Positions 8,393-17,658 of a DNA stretch of 47,173 nt are shown here, in pieces; the first letter of the stretch is position 1, and each line of letters begins with the position of its first letter. The DNA comes from Myxococcota bacterium (lineage in GTDB: Bacteria; Myxococcota_C; UBA6777). The DNA is taken from positions 1 through 47,173 of the forward strand of contig JAKLKB010000038.1 in assembly GCA_023150835.1 (NCBI GenBank), in the 5' to 3' direction. A program made the translations under genes and the position numbers. The notes beneath the pieces were generated by a model. That model did not search any database. It saw only the letters and a program-made list of their open reading frames with translations, and was not told the DNA's origin.

Positions 8393-11359
8393 CTAAAGGA
8401 TTTCCTGCATCGGCGTCACCAAAGCCCCATTGACGAGGCGGCCACTTTCGAGACGAAGGATCTGCCAAGTCGCAGGAGTCACACCCAGTAGGTGCGAAAA
8501 AACTTCGGAAGGACGGGGGCTTTTGCCTTGCGTATCTTGGAAGGTGATCACCAAACCATCGCCCAACCACGGTCCCCACGAGGTCGGAATGCGTGTTCCC
8601 CCGACCACGATCTCCCACGAAGGGACAACCGTTTGCAGATCAGCCGTGTAGGTTTGTTCCTTGCGAACAAAAGAACAAGGCTGAGATATCCGCTGCGAGA
8701 TGATCTCTTGCCACGCTTCGGGGCGTTGCGTCGTGGGCAACAAGCAAAAGTATTGCCAAGCAGAGATCACTTTGCTGATGCCCAAAAGACGCGCATGAAG
8801 CGGCACCACCGAAAGAAACGACAACCCCTCGATCGCGTGCTCTTGTAGGCGTGCAAGCATCGTATCCAGCGCAGGCATCGTATAAAACGACAGATCGACG
8901 TACTCCGCCAACGAAGAGGCCCCCAACGGTAAGTCATGGGCAAAGCGCACCGTCACCGTGTCGCCCGTCTCGCGCAAAAAGGGAAGCCCGCTGCGTCGAA
9001 ACGTCGCGTGCAACATCGGGAGAAAGTCTTTTTGCGTCATCAACGTGGCGTAGCCTGTACGCGCATAACGCAAACGGCAGCGATATTGATTCGGATTGTT
9101 GGGGATGATCACCGCTGGGGCCTCACGTTTGGCCCGCTCTTGCGGCACAAGGATCCGATCGGCGTGTTCGCGCAACACAAGCAAAAGACCGCGCATCTCT
9201 TCGTGCGAAGTGCCACAAGCCAAACAATGCGCTCCTAGAAATTCCGATGATCGCGATAGCTCCGATGATCGTGATAGCTCCGATGATCGTGATGGCTCCG
9301 ATGGTTTCGACGGCTCCAACGATCGCGATGATTCCGGCTGTTTCAATGGTTCCGACCGTTCCGAATCTTTCGATCGTGCCGGCGGCCTCGGTAGTTGTAA
9401 TGGATTCGTATCTTTCGAGATATCCCGATCGACCGAGGGGATATCTGCCCTCCACGCTTGCAAGCATATTTGCCAGATGGACTCCGCCTTTGTGTCGTCC
9501 TCTTGAAGATCGATCGCAGCACGAGACAACCTCTCGGCCAACAAAGCACAGCCCGCAACATCGGTCAAAACCATCGCCGCAAACGTCCGCCGCCACGCAG
9601 CAGGTGCTTTGATCCGAAAGTCCCACGCCTCGGCCAATTGTTCGAGAGCCGCAAGCCTCTCCTTCCATTCGTCATGCGAAAGCAGCGGATATTGCGTCGT
9701 CTCTGAAATATTACGCGGCAGCCAAGGATGCACAAACAGCCGCACTCTCCCGTTGCGCTGGTAAAGTTTGCTGATCTGTGTCGCTTTTCTACCGATCCGC
9801 GCCCATGCCAGCGCCTCTTGTGGACCTCTGCTCGGAACACCCAACAACAGATCCAACGGAACTCGCGTGTGACGCTGCGCCATCCGCTCTCGCCACATAC
9901 ACGGCCAAAAAGCGATGGTGGAGTCGTACCAGACCTCTTCTTCTTGCTCTTGTGAACCCTCTAAGCCCGATGGATAGGCATCCCACGCCATACACAATGC
10001 CCATTCATCCTGCCGATACATCATCCGATCCAGCCAACCATCCAGCCCCAACGCACTCAAGGCCTCCTTCCATCGTTGCTTTTCAAATGATCTCGCCGTG
10101 ATATCTTTTGTATCAGAAAAACTGGCCTCGCTCCCCTCCGCTTGTACCGCAGAAGCGGCCTCGCTTCCCTCTGCTTGTACCGCAGAAGCGGCCTCGCTTC
10201 CCTCTGCTTGTATCGCAGAATAGGCCTGTATCGCAGAAGCGGTTTCGATTTCCGCAACCTGTATCGCAGGGACGGTTTTTTTAGGCCGCACAAGCGTCGG
10301 GCGATGGATGGCCCCAAAAGACCGAGACATCGCGTCACGATGGTCTTGTTGAGCCTGTGCAAGCCAAAGCTCCCAACGTTCCCAAGCAGGTGTCTGTGGC
10401 CCGGGTTGGAGCAGATCGAGAAAACATTGCAACAAGCGAGACAGCGTTGTATCGGCTGTTTCACGCAACAACGCATCTCGGCAAAAAGCACAGCCTTGAA
10501 GATGCCATTGGCCCAACGTCCACAAAAGCGCACGTTCCGGATCAGACAGCGCATCCATCGCAGGGATCGCAAGCTGCTTCGGCCAGACCGATGCGGTCCG
10601 GATCGCATCGGTGGGTAGCTCGTACGCGAGCTTGGCTTGCTTTTGCGCTTGCCAACGCGGCGCATACATCAACAACAACGTCAGCGGATCGCCGATCAAA
10701 AACGCATCCAACCACCCCCACAAAACAGATGGCGATGAAACCTCCAAACCATCCGTATGTTCCGTATGTTCCGTATGTTCCGTATGTTCCGTATGTTCCG
10801 TATGTTCCGTATGTTCCGTATGTTCCGCATCATGCACATATTCCGTATCACACGCATGATCCGTATGCTCCGTATCATGCGTATGTTCCGTAGGTTCCAT
10901 ACGGCGTCCCAAACGGCCCACGCCATACAACAACGGCTTTTTCTTGCGATGTTCGGCCATCACAGGGATCTTTGCTTGCTCCAAGATACGCAACAGACGC
11001 AAGATATCTTCAGGTTGATCAAGGATCGCAAGCAAGATATCAAAGTCCTCTAACGGAGAGGCACTTTCCATGCTGCGTAAGACTTCTCCTTGTTCAAACA
11101 AATCGGCAGATTCTTCGGGCGAGATCGCAACAACACGCTCGACTTGGATCGAAGGGAGCGTATTGAGCAAACGGTACATCCAAAGGTGTTGTAGCTCGCG
11201 GTGGGAAGTATCTTCGCGCACAGGTAGCAGCAACGCGAGACGCAGCGATTGGGCGTCGGGCGTGATCGTCAAAGCTTCGTGCTCACCTGCAACACAGCGA
11301 TAAGCCTGATACCAGCGAAAAAGTGCGTCGCGGTAGGGATGCGAATACAGATCAAACAT
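8393..11359 (-). CDS. Degenerate TIGR03960-like radical SAM protein with C-terminal TIGR03936/DUF2344 radical-SAM-linked domain
   Basis: C-terminal YRCRLRYARTG..QKDF..FRRSGLPF..FAHDLPLGASSLAEYVDL is DUF2344-like. N-terminal LRSMESASPLEDFDIL..ILEQAKIP..DAFLIGD resembles TIGR03960. Only GCAFC remains of the CxxxCxxC motif. Confidence 0.7.
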   Translation of the reverse strand: MFDLYSHPYRDALFRWYQAYRCVAGEHEALTITPDAQSLRLALLLPVREDTSHRELQHLWMYRLLNTLPSIQVERVVAISPEESADLFEQGEVLRSMESASPLEDFDILLAILDQPEDILRLLRILEQAKIPVMAEHRKKKPLLYGVGRLGRRMEPTEHTHDTEHTDHACDTEYVHDAEHTEHTEHTEHTEHTEHTEHTEHTDGLEVSSPSVLWGWLDAFLIGDPLTLLLMYAPRWQAQKQAKLAYELPTDAIRTASVWPKQLAIPAMDALSDPERALLWTLGQWHLQGCAFCRDALLRETADTTLSRLLQCFLDLLQPGPQTPAWERWELWLAQAQQDHRDAMSRSFGAIHRPTLVRPKKTVPAIQVAEIETASAIQAYSAIQAEGSEAASAVQAEGSEAASAVQAEGSEASFSDTKDITARSFEKQRWKEALSALGLDGWLDRMMYRQDEWALCMAWDAYPSGLEGSQEQEEEVWYDSTIAFWPCMWRERMAQRHTRVPLDLLLGVPSRGPQEALAWARIGRKATQISKLYQRNGRVRLFVHPWLPRNISETTQYPLLSHDEWKERLAALEQLAEAWDFRIKAPAAWRRTFAAMVLTDVAGCALLAERLSRAAIDLQEDDTKAESIWQICLQAWRADIPSVDRDISKDTNPLQLPRPPARSKDSERSEPLKQPESSRSLEPSKPSEPSRSSELSRSSELSRSSEFLGAHCLACGTSHEEMRGLLLVLREHADRILVPQERAKREAPAVIIPNNPNQYRCRLRYARTGYATLMTQKDFLPMLHATFRRSGLPFLRETGDTVTVRFAHDLPLGASSLAEYVDLSFYTMPALDTMLARLQEHAIEGLSFLSVVPLHARLLGISKVISAWQYFCLLPTTQRPEAWQEIISQRISQPCSFVRKEQTYTADLQTVVPSWEIVVGGTRIPTSWGPWLGDGLVITFQDTQGKSPRPSEVFSHLLGVTPATWQILRLESGRLVNGALVTPMQEIL
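10752..10823 (-). repeat. In-frame 9-bp microsatellite, 8 copies (poly-HTE)
   Basis: (tccgtatgt)x8 on the + strand encodes HTEHTEHTE on the minus strand. Confidence 0.95.
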
Positions 11360-11374
11360 GCCTTGTTTTCGTTC

Positions 11375-12706
11375 TCACTCGATGGCTCCGCCACAAGAGC
11401 TTCCTGCGCCTGCGGTGCAACCGAAGCAATGGCGGCCTGTGACGATCCGCCTCGATTGGAGAGGTAAGACGTTAAAATGTCGGATATCTGGAGAAACCGC
11501 ATCGGTCATCTCACAGGAAAGCTCCAACATTTGATTAAAATCACAATCGTACAAACGCCCGTCCCACCCGACAGAAAGCGTGTTTCGGCACATCACCCCC
11601 GCAACGGTTGAAGGGTTGAAGGCCCGCAACAGCACTTCCATATACTCGGCCAGTTGATCACGTTCGATCAACCATTCGAGATAGCGAGCGATCGGCATAT
11701 TGGCGAGTGCGATCAGACGGTCAAAAGCGACGCAGTGGTTGCGCAACAAAGCTTCTTTCCATTCGCGCTCCATCGCACACTGATCGCCCGGTAGATAGGC
11801 CCCCACAGGATTCACCATCAAAGTCAAGCGGCGTGCGGGAACTCCTTGTCCATACCCAGCGGCGTTGAGTCGGCGCAAAGCATCCAGCGATCTCTCGTAG
11901 GTTCCATCGCCGCGCTGCGCATCGGTGTTGCGCTTGCGGTAATGCGGCAACGAGCAAACCACTTCCACGCCCCGCTCCGCCAGCCACGCAGGAAGATCAC
12001 GGCAACGCTCTGTCAGCAGCACCGTGAGGTTGCAACGATCGATCACATGCTTCCCCATCTTGACGCATTCATCGACAAGATAGCGAAAATGGGGATTCAG
12101 TTCGGGGGCTCCGCCTGTGATATCGACCGTGTGTGCGGTGCTTTGGCGCAAAGCCGCAAGGCAAGCCTCCACGATTTCACGATCCATATTTTCCTTGATG
12201 CGGTCGGGACCTGCGTCGACATGACAATGACGGCAGGTCATATTGCACAGTTTTCCGATATTGATCTGGAAGATATCTAGTGTACTCGGTCGCAATGGCT
12301 GATAACCTGCGCTCGCCGTAGCCGCATCAAAATCTCCACCAAACGGAAGTCCCGCCATCGGCAAAGCCTCAAGCGTCGCGATCTGGGCCGATGCCGCCGC
12401 CAACGGCGAAGCACGCCGCACCAGACTCTCCAGACGCTGCCCACGTTCGTCTGCTTTTGGCCCGCCCGAAGAGGCTGATGACACCGACGATACCGATGAC
12501 ACCGATGACACCGATGACACCGACGATGCCGATGATGCCGATGATGCCGATGATGCCGATGATGCCGACGACACCGACGACACCGACGATGCCGACGAAG
12601 GATGCGTGACCGTGCGATCAATTCCGAGTGATGGGGTTGTTTTCCCTTCGTTGTTGCGTGGGAGTGAAGTTGCAGGCACCACGCCAAAGCGTTCAAGAAT
12701 CGACAT
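11375..12706 (-). CDS. arsS: Arsenosugar-biosynthesis-type radical SAM (seleno)protein ArsS (radical SAM + DUF3641)
   Basis: QINIGKLCNMTCRHCHVDAGP, VDITGGAPELNP, QRGDG, VMCRNTLSVGWDGRLYDCDFNQML, C-terminal HCFGCTAGAGSSCGGAI. AAGGAG RBS before the ATG at 12706. Confidence 0.9.
   Translation of the reverse strand: MSILERFGVVPATSLPRNNEGKTTPSLGIDRTVTHPSSASSVSSVSSASSASSASSASSASSVSSVSSVSSVSSVSSASSGGPKADERGQRLESLVRRASPLAAASAQIATLEALPMAGLPFGGDFDAATASAGYQPLRPSTLDIFQINIGKLCNMTCRHCHVDAGPDRIKENMDREIVEACLAALRQSTAHTVDITGGAPELNPHFRYLVDECVKMGKHVIDRCNLTVLLTERCRDLPAWLAERGVEVVCSLPHYRKRNTDAQRGDGTYERSLDALRRLNAAGYGQGVPARRLTLMVNPVGAYLPGDQCAMEREWKEALLRNHCVAFDRLIALANMPIARYLEWLIERDQLAEYMEVLLRAFNPSTVAGVMCRNTLSVGWDGRLYDCDFNQMLELSCEMTDAVSPDIRHFNVLPLQSRRIVTGRHCFGCTAGAGSSCGGAIE
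12477..12598 (-). repeat. In-frame 9-bp repeats (SSA/SSV, ~13 copies) in the ArsS N-terminal extension
   Basis: gatgccgat/gatgacacc tandem units. Confidence 0.9.
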
Positions 12707-12728
12707 CTTGGCTCCTTGCCAGACTACA

Positions 12729-12985
12729 GGCCAGATCATACGAGATCCGCTCATCGTGTGATCGCAAAACGTAGGGGCAGCCCCCTGTGGCTGCCCAACT
12801 ACAGGGCGTCTACAGCGGATCGCATGACCCTTCGATCACATCTCTTGGATATCGTTGCGTCGCCAGATCACAGGCCAAACGGCCAGATCATACGAGATCC
12901 GCTCATCGTGTGATCGCAAAACGTAGGGGCAGCCCCCTGTGGCTGCCCAACTACAGGGCGTCTACAGCGGATCGCATGACCCTTC
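12729..12985. repeat. Two identical 105-bp copies of the family A REP element
   Basis: 12729-12833 equals 12881-12985; each carries gtaggggcagccccctgtggctgccc. Confidence 0.95.
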
Positions 12986-12987
12986 AC

Positions 12988-13326
12988 TTACATCGAAGCC
13001 TTTTTGACATGATCAAGCATCTGCAAGCCGTGTATCAACGAAGCCCCACCACGGATCGCCGTAGCGACATGTACCGCCTCTGTCATCTGTTCGAGATCCG
13101 AGCCTTGCTTGAGCGATTCTTGGCTGTAAGCATCGATGCAATAAGGACATTGGACGGCATGGGCCACCGCCAACGCGATCAAAGACTTTTCCCGAGCAGA
13201 CAAAGCCCCGTCCGCAAAGACTTCGCCGTAGTACTCGAAAAACTTGGCCGCCAGCTTGTCGTTGCCTTCGCTGATCTGACCAAAACGCGGAAGATGCTCG
13301 GGTTTATAATAAGAACTCTCACTCAT
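12988..13326 (-). CDS. AhpD/CMD-family peroxidase-like partner of ArsS-type radical SAM
   Basis: SYY.PEHL..F..KFFEYYGEVFADGALSAREKSLIALAVAHAVQCPYCIDAY..EQMTEAVHVATAIRGGASLIHGLQM. AGGAG RBS. Confidence 0.9.
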   Translation of the reverse strand: MSESSYYKPEHLPRFGQISEGNDKLAAKFFEYYGEVFADGALSAREKSLIALAVAHAVQCPYCIDAYSQESLKQGSDLEQMTEAVHVATAIRGGASLIHGLQMLDHVKKASM

Positions 13327-13361
13327 CAAAAAGGACTCCTTTTTCTCCTCGACCAAGGCAC

Positions 13362-14405
13362 CTAAAAATGCTTCCAACCTTGCGGAGAGACAGCTTGAAG
13401 GCTGGTGTCGGTGCGTTCTAGCAGATACCCATCTTGCGCACGAGTGATCTCGCCAATCCAAGAGACCGAAACACCGGCCTCTTGGTGGAGGGCTTCTGCG
13501 ATCGCCTGCTTTTGATCAGAAGCAGCGCAAAACAACAAGCTGTAATCGTCACTTGGCGCAAACAGCGTTTCCAACAGCCCGCGCTTTTGCTCGATAGACC
13601 AACGTTTGAGCGTATCGCTGCAAGGGATCTGCGTCTCGACGAGGCGCGCCCCCACACCCGAGGCTTTCAGCAGATGATCCAGATCCGCCAAAAGGCCGTC
13701 GCTTACATCGATCATCGCATGGGCATACAACGAAAGTACCCGTCCAGCCGCCAAAAACACTGCTGGTTGGAGATACGACCGCACCAACGGATGACAGGTC
13801 GCAAGCTCAAGAGCCTGCCAGTCTTGGGGTGAAAACGCCTGCAGGATCGCCAAGCCAGCCGCCGAAGCTCCACAAGCACCGATCAAGCCGATGCTATCGC
13901 CGAGCTGAGCCCCACTTCGGCGCACGAGTTGAGCCGCCTTGGCTTGGCCGATCAGCGTGATATCGACAAACAACGGACCCTCTGTGCTTGTTAGATTTCC
14001 GCCGACGATCTGCACTCCTGTCTCGGTGAAGGCTTCGACAAGCCCCCGATACAACGCCTCAACCGTCTCGACCGCGATCTTCTCCGTCAGGCCGAGACTC
14101 ACGAGCGCCAAACGCGGCTGTGCGCCCATCGCTGCGATATCACTCAAGTTCACAGCAGCACAACGTCGCCCCAAACAAGCGCTCAAATCGGCTCGTTCAA
14201 GCATCTGCGGAAAAAAGTGGCGCCCCATGACTTGCACATCGCAAGTCAATACCGCGTCTTCGCCGAAGGTTGGACGCCAGATCGCGGCATCATCGCCGAT
14301 CCCAAGAGGCAGATCAGCGCGTGGACGTGATGCCCACGGCGCTTCGCACAAGCGTTTGATACGTTCGATCAGACCGAACTCTCCGACCTCTTTGAGTGTG
14401 GTCAT
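13362..14405 (-). CDS. thiL: Thiamine-monophosphate kinase
   Basis: GEFGLIERI, GIGDDAA, AVNLSDIAAMG, VGGNL, AMIDVSDGLLADL, DDYSLLF, GWKHF. Confidence 0.96.
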   Translation of the reverse strand: MTTLKEVGEFGLIERIKRLCEAPWASRPRADLPLGIGDDAAIWRPTFGEDAVLTCDVQVMGRHFFPQMLERADLSACLGRRCAAVNLSDIAAMGAQPRLALVSLGLTEKIAVETVEALYRGLVEAFTETGVQIVGGNLTSTEGPLFVDITLIGQAKAAQLVRRSGAQLGDSIGLIGACGASAAGLAILQAFSPQDWQALELATCHPLVRSYLQPAVFLAAGRVLSLYAHAMIDVSDGLLADLDHLLKASGVGARLVETQIPCSDTLKRWSIEQKRGLLETLFAPSDDYSLLFCAASDQKQAIAEALHQEAGVSVSWIGEITRAQDGYLLERTDTSLQAVSPQGWKHF

Positions 14406-16213
14406 CCCAACAGCCCTTCGAGTTCATCAAGCAAAGCACGAAAACGATCCAGCGAAGACTCGATCGGAGCGGGCGTGGTAAGATCGACTCCCGCGTCGCG
14501 CAAAAGCTCCAGCGGATACTTCGATCCACCCGCACGCAAAAAGCAAAGGTAGCGCTCGACCGCAGGCGGCCCCTCCTGCAAGATCTGTTGACTCAACGCC
14601 GTCGCTGCCGCCATCCCCGTCGCGTACTTGTACACATAAAAGTTGTAATAAAAGTGCGGGATGCGCGACCATTCCCACGCGATCATCCGATCTTCGTCTT
14701 CCCATGCCACCGCATCGCCAAAATACGTCTTGATCATCGCCTCATAGCGTCGATCCAGATCTTCGGCGGTCAAGGCCGCCTCGCCTTTTTCGACGGCTGC
14801 GTAGATATCGCGCTCAAACTCCGCAAACATCGTTTGGCGAAACATCGTCGAACGAAAATCATTGAGGTATTGATTCAACAGATACGCTCGGATCTTTGGG
14901 TCATTCTTTTGCTGCAACAAAAAGTGCATCAACAATGCTTCGTTGGTCGTCGAGGCGACTTCTGCCACAAAGATCCGATATTCGGCGGTTTGGTAAGGCT
15001 GTGTGCGATTCGCAAGCGCCGTGTGCATCGAATGGCCCATCTCATGCGCAAGCGTAAACACCGAGTGCAGCGTGCCGTTGTAGTTATGCAAGATGTACGG
15101 CGAAGAATCGTAGCACCCCGAAGAATAAGCCCCTGATCGCTTACCTTTGTTTTCGTAACGATCGACCCAGCCGTCCGAAAATCCCTGCTGTGCGAGCTTT
15201 TGATACGCTTCTCCCAACGGCGCAAGAGAGGCCATCACCAGATCTTCGGCCTGCTTCCATTCATAAGAAAGCTCCACATCCGAGACCAAAGAAACAGACG
15301 TATCGTAAAGATACATCTTGTCCAACCCCATCACCCGCTTGCGTAAGTGCATATAGCGGTAAAAATCCCCCAGACGACTGTGGATCACTTGGATCAAGTT
15401 GTCGTAAACGTCGGTCGATACGTTGTCTGCAAACAACGCAGCCTCTCGTGCGGAAGCATAGTTGCGCGCTTTGGCTTTGAAGATGCCGCTTTTGATCTTG
15501 CCATCAAGGGCCGCCGCCATGCTGTTTCGGCTACCTTGAAATGTCCGATAATAGGCCGAAAAAGCTTCGCGACGCACTTCGCGCTCTTTGGATTGCAACA
15601 GCTTTTGGTACGTTGCGTGTGACAGTTGTGTCTCTTTACCGCCGTCGCTGTGGACTTTGGGAAAGCGCTCGGGGATCTCGATGTTGTTGATCATCCCAAA
15701 GATTTTTTCTGTTGCGGAGAGCGGTTCTTCTGCCATCGCAAGCAAACGCTCTTCGGAAGGCGTCAACGTATGGGGCTTACGACGCAAGAGGTCTTGGAGA
15801 TAAACGCGATACGGCACCAAGGCGGGATGTTCGATCCACGTAGCCAGACGATCCGCATCCATCGAAAGGATCTCAGGGGCCACATACGCCGTCGCGGTGG
15901 ACAGTTGGTGAGACAAGCTGCGAGCGCGTTCATACAAGCCCTGCATCGCGTGATTGGACAAGTCTTCATCGTGCCGCAAGTGCGTATACACATAGACTTT
16001 TTCCATCTTTCGATAACTTGCGAACATCATCGCGAGGGCTTGGCTCAAGATCTGTTCACTTTCGCTCAATCTCCCCTTCCATTGGGCCACTTCCACAGGG
16101 AAGGTCGCGGCTGTCTGAAAATCCGCTTCCCACGCTTCGACAGAAGCGTACATCGGTTCAAGATTCCATTGTTCTTGGCGCGGGACGTCTTTGCGTTCTC
16201 GGATCTCGGACAT
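14402..16213 (-). CDS. pepF: Oligoendopeptidase F (M3B)
   Basis: GKRSGAYS, TLAHEMGHSMH (HExxH), FVAEVASTTNE, RQTMFAEFE, WSRIPHFYYNFYVYKYATG. GGAGGA RBS. ATGA overlap with thiL. Confidence 0.97.
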   Translation of the reverse strand: MSEIRERKDVPRQEQWNLEPMYASVEAWEADFQTAATFPVEVAQWKGRLSESEQILSQALAMMFASYRKMEKVYVYTHLRHDEDLSNHAMQGLYERARSLSHQLSTATAYVAPEILSMDADRLATWIEHPALVPYRVYLQDLLRRKPHTLTPSEERLLAMAEEPLSATEKIFGMINNIEIPERFPKVHSDGGKETQLSHATYQKLLQSKEREVRREAFSAYYRTFQGSRNSMAAALDGKIKSGIFKAKARNYASAREAALFADNVSTDVYDNLIQVIHSRLGDFYRYMHLRKRVMGLDKMYLYDTSVSLVSDVELSYEWKQAEDLVMASLAPLGEAYQKLAQQGFSDGWVDRYENKGKRSGAYSSGCYDSSPYILHNYNGTLHSVFTLAHEMGHSMHTALANRTQPYQTAEYRIFVAEVASTTNEALLMHFLLQQKNDPKIRAYLLNQYLNDFRSTMFRQTMFAEFERDIYAAVEKGEAALTAEDLDRRYEAMIKTYFGDAVAWEDEDRMIAWEWSRIPHFYYNFYVYKYATGMAAATALSQQILQEGPPAVERYLCFLRAGGSKYPLELLRDAGVDLTTPAPIESSLDRFRALLDELEGLLG

Positions 16214-16516
16214 CAGCAATTCCTCCAAAAGCGAACGAGTCGATGGCTGTCGTGCAGTCGATGCTCGGCGTTACACGGTCGGCATGACAAGGCCGCCGAG
16301 CGGTGGCATAGTGCGCAAGGCTCGGCAACGAAGCAAGAGGACTCCCCATAAAGGTCTGTGTTTGGCGGATTTTTTGTGCGGTGGCTTGTCAAGCAGCGTT
16401 TGTGGTGGCATCTTTGCCCGCTCGAAATGTCGGGCGTATCTTGCGTCCGACCCGATCTCAAGGCAGACCCAAGCAGAAGAATAAACACTCGTTGACAGAG
16501 AGGAGCGTCTTTCACG

Positions 16517-17602
16517 ATGGGACGAATCTATAACTTTTATCCCGGACCTGCGGCCTTACCCTTGTCTGTTTTGCAAAAAGCCCAAGAAGCTCTGTTCGAT
16601 TTTCGTGGCATGGGCGCTGGCGTGATGGAGATCAGCCACCGCTCTGCCGAGTTTGAATCTGTCCTGCTCAGTGCCCAACAACGGCTCAAGCGCTTGCTTG
16701 GCCTCGATCCAAGCACCCACATCTTGTTTATCCAAGGCGGTGCGCGCTTACAGTTTGCGATGGTTCCGATGAACTTCTTGCAAACAGCAGCGGCTTACAT
16801 CGAAACAGGCAACTGGTCCGAAGGCGCGATCAAAGAAGCCCGTCGTGTGGGAGAAACCCGTGTGATCGGCTCCAGCGCAGATCGACAATACGCCTACATC
16901 CCGTCCTTCGACAAAAGCCAACTGCGTGGCGATGAAGACTACCTGCACATCACCACCAACAACACGATCTACGGGGCGCAATGGCACTCCATCCCTGACA
17001 CAGGCAAGATCCCACTGGTTGCGGATATGTCTTCGGATATCGCCAGCCGTCCTCACGACTACAACCGTTATGACCTGATCTACGCAGGCGCACAGAAAAA
17101 TCTCGGCCCTGCCGGAGTGACCGTCGTTTTGGTCAAAGACAGCTTCGCACAAAAAGCCAACCGCAGCGACAAACTCTCTCCCATGCTGCGTTATCAAACA
17201 TACATCGATAAAAACTCGCTCTACAACACACCTCCCGTCTGGAGCATCTTTATGTTGGATCTTGTTCTCGAATGGCTCGAAGACGAAGGCGGACTCGCGG
17301 AGATCGGCGCTCGCAACCAAAAGAAAGCCGAGATGTTGTATCGCTTTTGCGACGAACGGCCTGATTTTTACAAAGGCTGTATTGATCGGCCTGACCGCTC
17401 GTTGATGAACATCACGTTGCGCTTGCCCACCGAAGATCTCGAAAAGAAACTGGTGGCCGAAGCCAAACAAGCCGGTTTTCTCGGACTCAAAGGACACAAA
17501 CTCAGCGGTGGCATCCGCATCTCCAATTACAACGCCATCCCCGTCGAAGCCGCCGAAAAACTGGCCGGCTTCCTTGATGAGTTTGCACGCAAAAACGCCT
17601 GA
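16517..17602 (+). CDS. serC: Phosphoserine aminotransferase
   Basis: YNFYPGPAALP, MEISHRS, QGGA, NNTIYG, ADMSSDI, YAGAQKNLGPAG, NTPP, RSLMN, GLKGH. Confidence 0.97.
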   Translation: MGRIYNFYPGPAALPLSVLQKAQEALFDFRGMGAGVMEISHRSAEFESVLLSAQQRLKRLLGLDPSTHILFIQGGARLQFAMVPMNFLQTAAAYIETGNWSEGAIKEARRVGETRVIGSSADRQYAYIPSFDKSQLRGDEDYLHITTNNTIYGAQWHSIPDTGKIPLVADMSSDIASRPHDYNRYDLIYAGAQKNLGPAGVTVVLVKDSFAQKANRSDKLSPMLRYQTYIDKNSLYNTPPVWSIFMLDLVLEWLEDEGGLAEIGARNQKKAEMLYRFCDERPDFYKGCIDRPDRSLMNITLRLPTEDLEKKLVAEAKQAGFLGLKGHKLSGGIRISNYNAIPVEAAEKLAGFLDEFARKNA

Positions 17603-17658
17603 CCTCCGCCTCAAAGCCCACCTCGTCTCTTGCCCCACAATCACGGAGATATCTTCGC

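Noticed and set aside
11375-12706. Selenocysteine recoding in ArsS
   Set aside because: No in-frame TGA within the ORF.
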